Assembly (NCBI GenBank): GCA_049592035.1
Contig: JBAWFQ010000127.1
Location: 68 to 64,067 of the forward strand
Reading direction: 5' to 3'
Length of the DNA stretch: 64,000 bases
Origin: Terriglobales bacterium
GTDB lineage: Bacteria; Acidobacteriota; Terriglobia; Terriglobales; Acidobacteriaceae
The notes under the pieces are model-generated. The model was not told the DNA's origin, did not search any database, and worked only from the letters and a program-made list of their open reading frames with translations. Below, piece by piece: positions 46,996-56,510 of this stretch. The translations under genes and the position numbers were made by a program. How positions within the stretch are numbered: position 1 is the first letter of the stretch; each line of letters begins with the position of its first letter.

Positions 46996-47703
46996 CTAGT
47001 TCCCGAGCACTTGGAATGCATTCTGCGTGTACTGGTACGGAACCCATACTCCGCTGTCGCTGCCGCAGTAGGTGGATGACCCCTGGCAGAACTCAGCCGC
47101 CGGCTCCGCCGACATATTGGTCGTGTTGAAGTTCCAGCCATAGATATCAATTTCCTTTGGCGTGGTGCTGACGACCACCCAATATTGAGTTCCGGCGGTG
47201 ACCGCTACTCCGCCGCCCTTGAGTTTAGCGCTGGTCACGCCGCAGCATTCCCCGTAAGGCTGCACGCGCTTAGCGGTGCCGGTTGCGAGCGCGGTTCCGG
47301 GTACGCCGTTGTTGTCGTCATAGAGACTTAACTCGATCGAGCCGTACCCGCTGTCCAGATCTCCAAGCCCCACTTGAAGCTCTTTGACGGTGGCGTCTGC
47401 CGTGGGAGTGAAGGCATTACCTTGCCAAATGAGAAAGGGAAAGCCATTAACTCCCTGGTCGATGGTATTGCCAAAGATGCTGAAGTAGGTTGCGGCTTGA
47501 TAGCTACTGAAGTTGCCCGCGATGACGGTAAGCTTTTCGTCGACGGCCGGTGCGGGTGTGACATGGGCCGCGGCGTTATTGGCCTTCACCGTTCTGAGGT
47601 CAGGGCTGAAAGCAAACTTGTTCGTGCCGGACGCGACCAGAGCCATGCTCGCGACCAGAACGATGACCAAACAAGATAGCGAAATTGCGATTTTCTTCTT
47701 CAC
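46996..47703 (-). CDS. Secreted hypothetical beta-rich protein
   Basis: Signal peptide MKKKIAISLSCLVIVLVASMALVASG. No recognisable catalytic motif. Followed by its own terminator. Confidence 0.6.
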   Translation of the reverse strand: MKKKIAISLSCLVIVLVASMALVASGTNKFAFSPDLRTVKANNAAAHVTPAPAVDEKLTVIAGNFSSYQAATYFSIFGNTIDQGVNGFPFLIWQGNAFTPTADATVKELQVGLGDLDSGYGSIELSLYDDNNGVPGTALATGTAKRVQPYGECCGVTSAKLKGGGVAVTAGTQYWVVVSTTPKEIDIYGWNFNTTNMSAEPAAEFCQGSSTYCGSDSGVWVPYQYTQNAFQVLGN

Positions 47704-48040
47704 GGCAGTTCCCTCCCTGGGAAGTGGGTTTTGCTGATTCGAAACTGTTGTCTGGGCCGCTCGATCACTGTTGCGCGTGTAGCATGAACACTGTCTATGC
47801 GGTCGAGCGAATCATCACACCCGCAAAAAACAATGTCAAGGAGAATGGAATTGGAGACAAGAATTTGACAAGTCTTCGACAATTCTTTACATAGCGCAGA
47901 GCAGAAAACCCAAGAGTCGTCAGTGGAAATGCAAAAAGTTGCAGCGAAGGATCAATTCAAGTTCGTTGCGGTCCGAGCAAGAACGGCGCTCGTCGGAGGC
48001 AGAAATCACGCAGGAATTGCAGACCCACGATGCCGGCGAA

Positions 48041-49138
48041 TTAACGGGCTTCCTCCGGAAAAATTGGCAGCACCAAGCGCTCAGTGTATCGGATGATGGT
48101 AAGCGCGCACCGCGCACCGACTTGAGCGTCGGTCAGCAAGCGATGGAGGTCATCGACGCCGGCCACTGGTTTGTCATCGAGCGCGACAATCACGTCGCCC
48201 TCACGCAGACCCGCTGCGCGCGCGGGGCTGCGGCCGTCGCCGTCCTCGATGCCAGCGACCACTACGCCGGTTTCCTGCGTCAAGCCATAGAAGCGCACCA
48301 CGCGGCGATGGATGGAAACGGTTTGCGCCGAGATTCCGATGAAACTGCGCCGGATTCTCCCTTCGCGCAGCAAGCGGCTGGCAACAAATTTTGCCGTGTT
48401 GATTCCAATTGCGAAACAGATTCCCTGTGCGGGCAGAATGGTCGCGGTGTTGACTCCGATCACGTGGCCGCGCGAGTCGACGAGCGGACCGCCGGAATTT
48501 CCGGGATTCAAGGCGGCATCGGTCTGAATGACGTCCTCAATCAGCCGGCCCGAGTTGGAACGGAGCGATCGACCGAGAGCGCTGATCACACCCGCGGTTA
48601 CCGTCGATTGAAATCCGTACGGATTGCCAATCGCAATCGCGATCTGGCCCGGGCGCAGGTGCTGCGAATCTCCGAGGGCCACGGTTTGCAATCCGAAAAC
48701 ATCAACCCGAATCACGGCGAGATCGGTTGCGGGATCGTCGCCGATGATATGAGCCGGAGCACGCCTTGCGTCGGCGAGCGTTACCTCGATCCGCGTCGCG
48801 TTGTGCACTACGTGGCTGTTGGTGAGAATCAATCCATCGGGAGTGAAGACGAAGCCGGAGCCGCCTCCGCGACGTTCTCGCGGCGCATCGGGTCGCTCCC
48901 CTCGTTCACTGGCGCGTTCCTCGGGACGACCGCGACGCCCTGCCTGTTGATGTACTTCGACGTTGACTACCGACGGACTGACTCGATCAACTGCGACCGT
49001 GACTGCCCGCGAGTAGGAATCCAGCAGTTCGCCGTCTGCGGATTGAGCAGCGGAGGCTCGCTGCGGATCCTCCGGCAACATCCCCGCGAGCGGTTGCCGG
49101 GACGAGAGAGGTCCTACGAAAACTTCTTCCAAGTTCAT
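48041..49138 (-). CDS. HtrA/DegP-family trypsin-like serine protease with C-terminal PDZ
   Basis: ILTNSHVV (His), DLAVIRV (Asp), TDAALNPGNSGGPLVDSRGHVIGVNTA (Ser), PDZ-like GLREGDVIVALDDKPV. Confidence 0.85.
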   Translation of the reverse strand: MNLEEVFVGPLSSRQPLAGMLPEDPQRASAAQSADGELLDSYSRAVTVAVDRVSPSVVNVEVHQQAGRRGRPEERASERGERPDAPRERRGGGSGFVFTPDGLILTNSHVVHNATRIEVTLADARRAPAHIIGDDPATDLAVIRVDVFGLQTVALGDSQHLRPGQIAIAIGNPYGFQSTVTAGVISALGRSLRSNSGRLIEDVIQTDAALNPGNSGGPLVDSRGHVIGVNTATILPAQGICFAIGINTAKFVASRLLREGRIRRSFIGISAQTVSIHRRVVRFYGLTQETGVVVAGIEDGDGRSPARAAGLREGDVIVALDDKPVAGVDDLHRLLTDAQVGARCALTIIRYTERLVLPIFPEEAR

Positions 49139-49206
49139 GCTGCATCAGATGAATTTCGATCCGATTTGGATTCTGCGACCAAGCATGGGCGGCGGGAAAG
49201 GTCCAC

Positions 49207-50961
49207 TCAGGCGCGGTTTACGCCGTAGGCATTCAAAACATCTTGTAGGGTTACGATGCCTTCCAGCTTGTGCACATTTCCGCGGTTGACCACCGGCAGG
49301 ATTTCGACCTGGTTTGCGCCCATGCGCTCCAGCGCCAGATCGAGGCCCTGATCGGCGTGGACGTGCGGAAAAACCAGCGCATCGACCACTTCGCCGAGCT
49401 TCTTATCCGCCGCTTCGGCCAACTCGCGCTCGAGCTGTGCCAAGTTGACCACTCCAACGACGCCTCGTGGATCCGATACCAGCCAGGTTCGCACGCCGCT
49501 TGATCGAACCTGTTCCAACGCTTCCTTAACCGTAATCTCCGCGGGCAGCGACTGGCCGGCGGTTTGCATAACTCTTACTATTTGGTATTGAGCATAGCGC
49601 TGGCGTGACTCCGCCGACGGCAGGTGGATGCCGTCCTGTACCGCCAAGCCTTCGTAAATGGGCTCGTGTTGCAATTGCGAAGCGATGAAGAGGCTCACCA
49701 GATTGGCGATCATCAAGGGGACGATGACGGCATAGTCCTGGGTCATCTCGAAGATCATCAGCACCGAGGTCATCGGCGTTCGCACCACGCCCGCAAAGAC
49801 CGCGCCCATCCCGACCAGCGCGTAGGCGCCGGACGTCGCCGTGTAGGCCGGAAAGAAATGATGGGCGATGGTTCCCACCGTGCCTCCCAACATTGCGCCT
49901 ATGAATAAGGATGGTCCAAAGATGCCGCCGGCATTGCCTGTGGCATAACTGGTAGTTACGGCAATCAGTTTCAGAACCACCAGCAGCGCCATCAACTGGA
50001 GCGCCATGCGTCCGTTCAAGGCGTCACCGACATAGCCGTAACCGACGCCGAGGACCTGCGGCACAAACCATCCCATCAAGCCAACCAACAAACCTCCTGC
50101 TACGGGCTGAAACCATACCGTCTTCAGCGGGAGCCGCAGGAAGCGGGCGCGTATCCCAAGCAGGATTTTCGTAAAGGCTGCCGAAACCACGCCGCCGGCT
50201 ACGCCGAGCACCGCGTAGACGGCAAGCTCCACTGGATGGCCGAGTTGGTAGGGCGGAACTTTGAAGAGCGGATGATCGCCGAGGAAGACGTGCAGCACCA
50301 TCCACGCGGTTGCCGATGCGAGCACCACCGCGCCCATCACGGGCGCGTAGAGATCGCCGGTGATTTCTTCCAGCGAAAAGAGCACGGCTGCTAGCGGTGT
50401 ATTGAAGGCAGCGGCAATGGCTGCGGCTGCTCCCACCGGGATTAGTTTCTTGACTTGCTCGGTACCCAGGCCGAGGTGGCGTCCCAGCACGGAAGCAATG
50501 CCGGCGCCAACTTGCACCGAAGGGCCTTCGCGGCCCAGCGGAATTCCGCTGGCCAGGGTTGCCGAGGTGCAGAAAAACTTGCCCAGGACGGTGCGCAGGG
50601 TGATGTAGCCTCCGCGCGCGAACAGAGCGGCTTTCGTCTGCGGCACGCCGCTGCCACGCGCGTTGGGAAAATAGCGATAGAGGAGGTAGCCAATGCCGAG
50701 CGAACCCACGACCGGCAACAGCACGCGCCGCCACGCAGCACTGCCGACGGGATAAAGACGCATCCCAAGGCGTTCCGTCAGCACGATGAAGGCGACTACG
50801 GCCAAGCCCGTCAACGCGCCGATCACCACGGCCAGCACCAGAAAGATCTGGCCGTCACGCTGCCGCAGCTCGGCCAAGCGCTCGGTCAGCCACGATCTCC
50901 AGCGACTAGCGCCTGGCGTCTGAACGGTTTCAGTCATGCTTCGATTGCTACGTTCGATCAC
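49207..50961 (-). CDS. ClC family voltage-gated chloride channel/antiporter with C-terminal CBS pair
   Basis: GIPLGREGPSVQVGA, GVVRTPMTS, GNAGGIFGPSLFIGA, then two CBS-like segments. The start may be ATG 50937. Confidence 0.85.
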   Translation of the reverse strand: MIERSNRSMTETVQTPGASRWRSWLTERLAELRQRDGQIFLVLAVVIGALTGLAVVAFIVLTERLGMRLYPVGSAAWRRVLLPVVGSLGIGYLLYRYFPNARGSGVPQTKAALFARGGYITLRTVLGKFFCTSATLASGIPLGREGPSVQVGAGIASVLGRHLGLGTEQVKKLIPVGAAAAIAAAFNTPLAAVLFSLEEITGDLYAPVMGAVVLASATAWMVLHVFLGDHPLFKVPPYQLGHPVELAVYAVLGVAGGVVSAAFTKILLGIRARFLRLPLKTVWFQPVAGGLLVGLMGWFVPQVLGVGYGYVGDALNGRMALQLMALLVVLKLIAVTTSYATGNAGGIFGPSLFIGAMLGGTVGTIAHHFFPAYTATSGAYALVGMGAVFAGVVRTPMTSVLMIFEMTQDYAVIVPLMIANLVSLFIASQLQHEPIYEGLAVQDGIHLPSAESRQRYAQYQIVRVMQTAGQSLPAEITVKEALEQVRSSGVRTWLVSDPRGVVGVVNLAQLERELAEAADKKLGEVVDALVFPHVHADQGLDLALERMGANQVEILPVVNRGNVHKLEGIVTLQDVLNAYGVNRA

Positions 50962-51047
50962 TGACTTGGAGGATTACTTCCTTAAGAGAATAGCGCACTG
51001 GATTGGGAAGGCGGCCCGAAAGTGAGCCGCCCTCCTTTTACGACTGG

Positions 51048-51779
51048 TTAGCGGTCGAATGCGAAGTGATCGACCCGGTTCTGCTGCCAGCACTGTTCGT
51101 TGTCTTCGGTGCAGAACGGTCGCTCTTTGCCGTAGCTGACGGTGCGGATGCGATCGGCGGAGACTCCTTCCTGCACCAGCGTTCGCTTGACCGTTTCCGC
51201 GCGGTTGGTTCCGAGGGCAATGTTGTATTCCTCGGATCCGCGGTCGTCGCAATGGCCTTCGACTAAAACCTTGATGCTTGGATGCTGCGCGAGGAAGGCT
51301 TCGTCATTTTGCACGGTGGGCGCTTCGTCCGTACGGATCGCGTATTTGTCGTAATCGAAGAACACATCTTTGACGTTCCTGCGGAACAGGTCTTCATCTG
51401 TGGGTGAAGACGTGGCACTGGCGACCGGAGTGGTTACCGTGACGCGGGCGTTGGCTTCGTTGGTTCCTCCCGGCCCCTTGGCGACGAGGGTGTAAGTGGT
51501 GGATGCGCTGGGCGTGACCGAGCGCGAACCGGACGGCGGCAGCGTCCCTAGTCCGGCGATGGTAATTTCATTGGCGTTGCTGGTTTGCCAGGTCAGTGTG
51601 GACGATTGTCCCGCCTGAACCGCGCTGGGGTTGGCGGCGAGCGTGGCGGTGGGTGCGGGCGCGGGAGTAGGCGGAGGCGGGGGCTGAACTTTGGCAGCTT
51701 TCTTGGCGCACCCTGCTAGCGATAACACGACTGCGAAGGCTGCGAGTAATGCAAATGTCTTGAATCTTTTCTGCGTCAT
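51048..51779 (-). CDS. pal: Peptidoglycan-associated lipoprotein (Pal/OmpA family) with an inserted Ig-like module
   Basis: Lipobox VLSLAGC|AK, a Pro-rich tether, Ig-like ATLAANPSAVQAGQSSTLTWQTSNANEITI..., and OmpA_C VFFDYDKYAIR...GHCDDRGSEEYNIALGTNRAETVKRTLV...VSYGKERP. Confidence 0.8.
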   Translation of the reverse strand: MTQKRFKTFALLAAFAVVLSLAGCAKKAAKVQPPPPPTPAPAPTATLAANPSAVQAGQSSTLTWQTSNANEITIAGLGTLPPSGSRSVTPSASTTYTLVAKGPGGTNEANARVTVTTPVASATSSPTDEDLFRRNVKDVFFDYDKYAIRTDEAPTVQNDEAFLAQHPSIKVLVEGHCDDRGSEEYNIALGTNRAETVKRTLVQEGVSADRIRTVSYGKERPFCTEDNEQCWQQNRVDHFAFDR

Positions 51780-51943
51780 TATTTTGTCCTCCTCATGGAA
51801 GAAACGTTGGATTTGTTGTCAGGCACTTAGTTGCCAGACTAGCCCGTGTCGAGCCGCGCGGTAGAAATGCATGGCCAGAACAAAGCACTTCCGGCGACTG
51901 CGCGGCAGAGATTGAGTGTTCCAAGACAACAGGGTGAGAAGGA

Positions 51944-52237
51944 TTAGCAACGGAGGATTGTGTTGCACTCCGACAAGATGGCAGAGTGAAAGCCGGCCTC
52001 TGGAGGTGACATCCACGAGAGAGCGGCGAGAGGCGAAATCAGACCATTCCAGAGGGATCGAAATGCCGCCTGCATGATGAGCTTCCGCATGCGGGCAGCT
52101 GCCCGAATCGCCTGCAGGGCAGTAACTGGACCGTTAACAACGGAATAAGGACCCTGCATGGCCGGAAAGAGAAAAATCGTGAGAACGCAAAGAACTGCTA
52201 CCACGGCTAATTCGCATCCGATGCGGCCAGCAATCAT
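51944..52237 (-). CDS. Hypothetical small membrane/secreted protein
   Basis: MIAGRIGCELAVVAVLCVLTIFLFPAMQGPYSVVNGPVTAL... A perfect TATAAT (minus strand, 52250-52255) lies 12 nt upstream of ATG 52237, which suggests a near-leaderless transcript. The ORF track extends to 52345. Confidence 0.4.
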   Translation of the reverse strand: MIAGRIGCELAVVAVLCVLTIFLFPAMQGPYSVVNGPVTALQAIRAAARMRKLIMQAAFRSLWNGLISPLAALSWMSPPEAGFHSAILSECNTILRC

Positions 52238-52374
52238 GGACGTAACACCATTATAGCGCAGGGGGCGGCACTGGCGGCGGGGTTTGCTTTGCGGCAGCAA
52301 GTACGGCAGACGCGGCCCCTTAGTATCGGCAGAAGTACCAGCCAAGAGAATAAAAAGCGAACAAAGCGTTTCTG

Positions 52375-53334
52375 CTACCCCAGCAGCGAATAGTTTCCTG
52401 TGGCATCCTCAGTCTCCACCATTGCTTTCAGTTCGGGATAGTGTTTCACCAGCGTTTCCGGCGCGCGGACCTTCTTCCCGTTCAGCAGATGCCTTAGCTC
52501 CAGCGCATTCACGGCGGCCTTCGCCTGAAAGTGATTATTCGCGATCACGTAAGTTGACTCGGCGCGGCGCGCAATCGCGTCGATCTTTTCTTTCCACTTC
52601 GCCAGCTCCGCGGGCTTGTAGAGATAGTTGTAACGGTCGTCGCGATTGTCGCTGTCGGACCCGCCGTCGAACCCGGTTTCGAACCAGTGCTCATAGTTGC
52701 GGCCATGCAGCCGGACGTATCCGACGCCCGAGGTCACGTGCTCAGTGGGCGCGAGCGAGCGACCGAGCAGCGGCTGATCGATGTTGCAGAAACCCACGTT
52801 GTGACGCATGAATTCAGCGATCGTTTCCGGCTGGTTCCAGCTCTCATGCCGCACTTCGACCACCCTTGGATATTCAATGAACTGGCGCAGCAACAGCTCC
52901 AGGTATTCGCGGTTCAGGCTGGTGTTCTTAAACGAAACGGGGAACTGGATGAGCAGCGCGCCCAGCTTACCCTCCGCGGCCAGTGAGTCGAGACCCTCGC
53001 GCGCGAGGCGTTCGTCCTTGTCATTCGGACGGATGCTGGCCGCCGAAGTTGGTTCCATCATCGCTAGCGGAGAATGGGTGAATGACCGGTGCAACTTGGC
53101 GGTGAAAAGAAAATTTGGATTGACCGCTGCTGCCTTCCGCGACCAGAAACGGCCAAGCTCGGGACGGATGTGTCCGTAGAACGAAGTGTTGATTTCGATG
53201 ACGTCGAAGAATCGCGCCAGAAATTCCACGGGATGGATTTTCTTACGCGTGACCTCCGGAGGGTAGAGAATCCCGTCCCAGTCTTTGTACGACCAACCGG
53301 CAGTCCCAATGCGGATTCGTGGAGCAGTTTCCAT
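52375..53334 (-). CDS. DUF72 (UPF0759) family protein
   Basis: IRIGTAGWSYKDWDGILYP...FDVIEINTSFY...YVRLHGRN are typical DUF72 landmarks. Confidence 0.75.
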   Translation of the reverse strand: METAPRIRIGTAGWSYKDWDGILYPPEVTRKKIHPVEFLARFFDVIEINTSFYGHIRPELGRFWSRKAAAVNPNFLFTAKLHRSFTHSPLAMMEPTSAASIRPNDKDERLAREGLDSLAAEGKLGALLIQFPVSFKNTSLNREYLELLLRQFIEYPRVVEVRHESWNQPETIAEFMRHNVGFCNIDQPLLGRSLAPTEHVTSGVGYVRLHGRNYEHWFETGFDGGSDSDNRDDRYNYLYKPAELAKWKEKIDAIARRAESTYVIANNHFQAKAAVNALELRHLLNGKKVRAPETLVKHYPELKAMVETEDATGNYSLLG

Positions 53335-53435
53335 ACGGGCCGGCCAGATGATGGCAGGTTAGCACAGTGCTTTGAAACAGGTTTTGTGTGGCGCGGGCAC
53401 CCTCGCCCGCGAACGCCGCGACCATGTGGCAATTA

Positions 53436-54425
53436 TCAGTAGAGCAGAATCGCGACCCAGTACATTCCGGTCGGATACGCCGCATTACGCGCGTAGCAGG
53501 AGCCGACTGCAAACTGCCGAACCCCCGGATCACGCAGCAGGCGCAGCGCACCGGGCGGCAGTGTTTCCGGATGGCTCTCGGTATACGCGATTATCCTTCG
53601 GTTGCTATAGGCCGTCGAGATCAGGTGAGCGTTCGGACGATTCTGCGTTGCCAGCTTGCAGGCGGCTTCGTCCAGATTCGGCGGCGAGAGTTGCGCCAGC
53701 TCTGGAAGCCCTGCCTGTTGGCGGACGTCATCAACCGAGCGGGCAATTAATTTTCGACTCTGCTCGCCGGAATACGATGGAACCTCGCGCGCGAAATCCT
53801 GCACCACGTAGAGGCGCCCTTTGCTCCAGATGGCCGCAATGCCTGCGATATTGAAGCCGCGATCGAGCAGGTTTTGCCGGTGCGGCGCGGAGCGCATCAG
53901 CGCCTCGTTCGCGCCCAGAGCGCAGGTCGCGTGGGCAATATTTTCACCCGCACGATCGACTTTCAGCGCCTTTTTCAGGGAATCGTGCAGCGGGCTATCC
54001 GGCGAAGTGACTTGGGCGATCCTTTCAAGCAGCGAGGGCTCACCGGGCAACTGATGCTCCAGGCGATCGCTCGCAACCATGCGCAGAGCATGTGCCCGCG
54101 CTGCTTCGCGCAGGCTTTCGTCCATGCGCAATGGCGACGCGCCGGCGAGCCCGCGGCTCTTGTTGGCGGCTTCCAGGAGTTCGTTCTCGGCGGCGGAGTC
54201 CTCATTCGAGGCCACTCCGGCCGCCGAGTTCGAGTTGGGGGTGGGTAACTTGTCGCCAACGCCGCTGCCGGCGTCTTTGTGAATATCGGTTGTTGGGGAC
54301 TTGGTTTGCGCGGCGCACGGCCCCAGACCTACCGCCAACATCGCGAAAGAAACCACCAGGGCCCGAAGCATAATCTTTTGGTTGGCGGTGTGGCGGGGGA
54401 TCGCCGAGAAACTTCCGCTTTCCAT
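53436..54425 (-). CDS. Secreted protein with two CAP (SCP/PR-1-like) domains
   Basis: Signal peptide MLRALVVSFAMLAVGLGPCAAQ. LLEAANKSRGLAGASPLRMDESLREAARAHALRM...GENIAH and a second, more divergent repeat. The start may be ATG 54371. Confidence 0.65.
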   Translation of the reverse strand: MESGSFSAIPRHTANQKIMLRALVVSFAMLAVGLGPCAAQTKSPTTDIHKDAGSGVGDKLPTPNSNSAAGVASNEDSAAENELLEAANKSRGLAGASPLRMDESLREAARAHALRMVASDRLEHQLPGEPSLLERIAQVTSPDSPLHDSLKKALKVDRAGENIAHATCALGANEALMRSAPHRQNLLDRGFNIAGIAAIWSKGRLYVVQDFAREVPSYSGEQSRKLIARSVDDVRQQAGLPELAQLSPPNLDEAACKLATQNRPNAHLISTAYSNRRIIAYTESHPETLPPGALRLLRDPGVRQFAVGSCYARNAAYPTGMYWVAILLY

Positions 54426-54465
54426 CTTTCACGCTAGCTTCTAGAATTCAGCTCAGCTACTTACT

Positions 54466-55803
54466 ATGGAGACCATACTGCTGGTTACCGTGCTCGCCGG
54501 AACCCTTGTCCTGCTTGGGTTCTCGGCCGTTTTGCTGCGGCGCATTTCGACGGCTGCGCAAGTGGATGTAAAGGCAGAAGTTGCAAGTCAGCTCGAGAGG
54601 TTCAATACGGCCCTTGGCCAGAAGATCAGTATCAGCACTGCCGATATGGCCAGTCGTTTGGAGCAGACCAAAGGTGATCTCCGCCAACAGGTCACAGACC
54701 GCATCCAGCAAGGGTTTTCAGAGATTCGGAACTCGGTCGAGCAACAGCTTGCCGCGGGAAGGGAAGAGCAAAACCGGAGTCTGAGCGATGGCCGCAGCGA
54801 GATGACGAGTTCTCTTCTGCTGACGACGCAGCAACTCAAGAGCGAATTTCAGAGTCTGAATCAGCAGACGGCGCAAAGCCTCGACTCAATTCGCGACCGC
54901 GTGGATTCGAAGCTGATGGCCATTACCGAGCAAGTGCAGGTCAAGCTCGATCAGAACATCAAGGAAGGATTTGCGCAGTTCGAAAAAGTTCAGCAACACT
55001 TGAAGGCGGCGGAAGAGCAGCTTCGCGAAGTGGGCGCGCTCGGCCACTCGATCAACGATTTGAATAATCTGCTTAAGCTTCCGCACCTGCGCGGGCAGTT
55101 TGGCGAGGCGAGTCTGGAGCGCCTGCTGGCCGACTTTTTGCCCGCCCACATGTTCGCGTTGCAATCATCGCCCGGCGAGGGCGGAGGACGCGCCGACGCC
55201 GTCATTTATTTTCCCGACCGCACGCTGCCGATCGACGCCAAGTTTCCGCGCGAGCAGGTGATCGCTTTATTTGAGAGCAATGACAAGGCTGAGATTGAAG
55301 CGGCTCGCATCGCGCTGGTGCGCGTGATGAAGGCGGAGGCCAAGCGCATTCAGCAGTACATCCAGCCGGAGAATGGCACAACGGAAATCGCGCTCATGTA
55401 TCTGCCGAGCGAAACCTTGTATATGGAGGTCATTCGCAACCGCGAACTGGGCGACTGGATGAACGAGCAGCACGTGTTTCCCGTCTCGCCCAACACTTTG
55501 CTGATGACGCTGCACACGATCTCTCTCGTTCACAAGTGGTACGAAGTCGCGACTAGATTCGAGAAGAGCCGCGCCGAACTGGCCAAAGCCCAGAAGTCGT
55601 TCGACTTCTTCCAGAACCAGTTTGAAAACGTCGGCAAGAATCTGAACAAGGCGCAGGAAGCGTTTGAGACCGCGCAGCGGCATTTGAAAAATTATCGGGG
55701 GAAAGTTACCGCGCTCAGCGGCCAGGAGCAGTTGGAATTGGACACGGCGTCGTCTGCGTCAATCGAGAAGCCCCTGCCGCTGCTGGATAAAGCCAGCGCA
55801 TAA
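54466..55803 (+). CDS. rmuC: DNA recombination protein RmuC
   Basis: N-terminal TM, long coiled coil, then LKLPHLRGQFGEASLERLLADFLP...ADAVIYFPDRTLPIDAKFP...MYLPSETLY (RmuC nuclease-like core). Confidence 0.85.
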   Translation: METILLVTVLAGTLVLLGFSAVLLRRISTAAQVDVKAEVASQLERFNTALGQKISISTADMASRLEQTKGDLRQQVTDRIQQGFSEIRNSVEQQLAAGREEQNRSLSDGRSEMTSSLLLTTQQLKSEFQSLNQQTAQSLDSIRDRVDSKLMAITEQVQVKLDQNIKEGFAQFEKVQQHLKAAEEQLREVGALGHSINDLNNLLKLPHLRGQFGEASLERLLADFLPAHMFALQSSPGEGGGRADAVIYFPDRTLPIDAKFPREQVIALFESNDKAEIEAARIALVRVMKAEAKRIQQYIQPENGTTEIALMYLPSETLYMEVIRNRELGDWMNEQHVFPVSPNTLLMTLHTISLVHKWYEVATRFEKSRAELAKAQKSFDFFQNQFENVGKNLNKAQEAFETAQRHLKNYRGKVTALSGQEQLELDTASSASIEKPLPLLDKASA

Positions 55804-55825
55804 ACTGCTGCGATGTACATACAAA

Positions 55826-56020
55826 ATGGTAAAGGCGAAGGTCCCGGTAGAGCAAAATACGCGTATCCATGTTGGTGGAGGCAGTGTCCCACGTTTCCTC
55901 GGCGCTGATTGCGACGAGTGGTTTGCCGCGCTGGATGCGCTCAGGAGGCAGCCCTTATTCGGCAACAAGGGGCGTAACCAGCCGGTGACCCCGCGTCGTG
56001 TGGTCTTCAAATTAAAATAG
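55826..56020 (+). pseudogene. VapB-like (AbrB/SpoVT-type) antitoxin remnant without a cognate toxin gene
   Basis: The 64-aa ORF starts MVKAKV and ends ...DEWFAALDALRRQPLFGNKGRNQPVTPRRVVF. This has the VapB C-terminal pattern (W-DEFF-ALD...R.QP....R..F). The swapped-hairpin region (..SQAVRLPKEF..) appears deleted or degenerate. No SD, and only 31 nt separate it from the convergent RES gene. Confidence 0.35.
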
Positions 56021-56051
56021 CGATTCAATAATGCAAACTTGGCGGATCCAC

Positions 56052-56510
56052 TCACCGAAACATTCTCAGATCGAACTCGAAGCGCTTGGGTCTTTCGATC
56101 TTCAACTTGTGAAAGTCGGAATGCGCCGGATTCAGCAATACGTTCCATTCGCCGCGAATGGCCGCCGATGGTACATGCAACGCGACCGTCTTGCCCGCAC
56201 GAATCCAATGATCGCCGAATGTCGCGAGCGATTCATCGCGCAGCTCATGCCATTTGCGGGGAAGGGAATTCAGATCGAGACGATCAATGGCGAGATTGTC
56301 GGGAAGCTCCGCTTCAATCGAAACCAAGTCATCGGGCCGCAGATTTGGTTCGAGGTGAACAAAAGTCTCAATCGCAGCCAAAGCCAGAGACGGAGAAGCA
56401 TAAACCACCCGCACGCCCTGACGATTCCAACGGCCGCCATATACCCGGGCGCCCTCGCCCGAGAAAGCGCCAGCAGCATGGACCTCGCGGCAAATCCTCC
56501 ACAGGCGCAT
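56052..56510 (-). CDS. RES-domain toxin (NAD+-degrading/ADP-ribosylating family)
   Basis: MRLWRICREVHAAGAFSGEGARVYGGRWNRQGVRVVYASPSLALAAIETFVHL: the R...E...S landmarks of RES toxins. The start overlaps the antitoxin stop (TGATG). Confidence 0.8.
   Translation of the reverse strand: MRLWRICREVHAAGAFSGEGARVYGGRWNRQGVRVVYASPSLALAAIETFVHLEPNLRPDDLVSIEAELPDNLAIDRLDLNSLPRKWHELRDESLATFGDHWIRAGKTVALHVPSAAIRGEWNVLLNPAHSDFHKLKIERPKRFEFDLRMFR

Noticed and set aside
47865-47893. Plus-strand TTGACA-N17-TACATA promoter-like sequence
   Set aside because: No plus-strand gene or credible small ORF lies downstream, since it points into the 3' end of the minus-strand HtrA gene. The -10 matches TATAAT at only 3/6. 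At most it is a speculative antisense promoter.
47939-49228. 429-aa plus-strand ORF opposite the HtrA protease gene
   Set aside because: HtrA on the minus strand has the full catalytic triad and a PDZ domain. The plus-strand product is low-complexity (R/S/A/G) with no motif.
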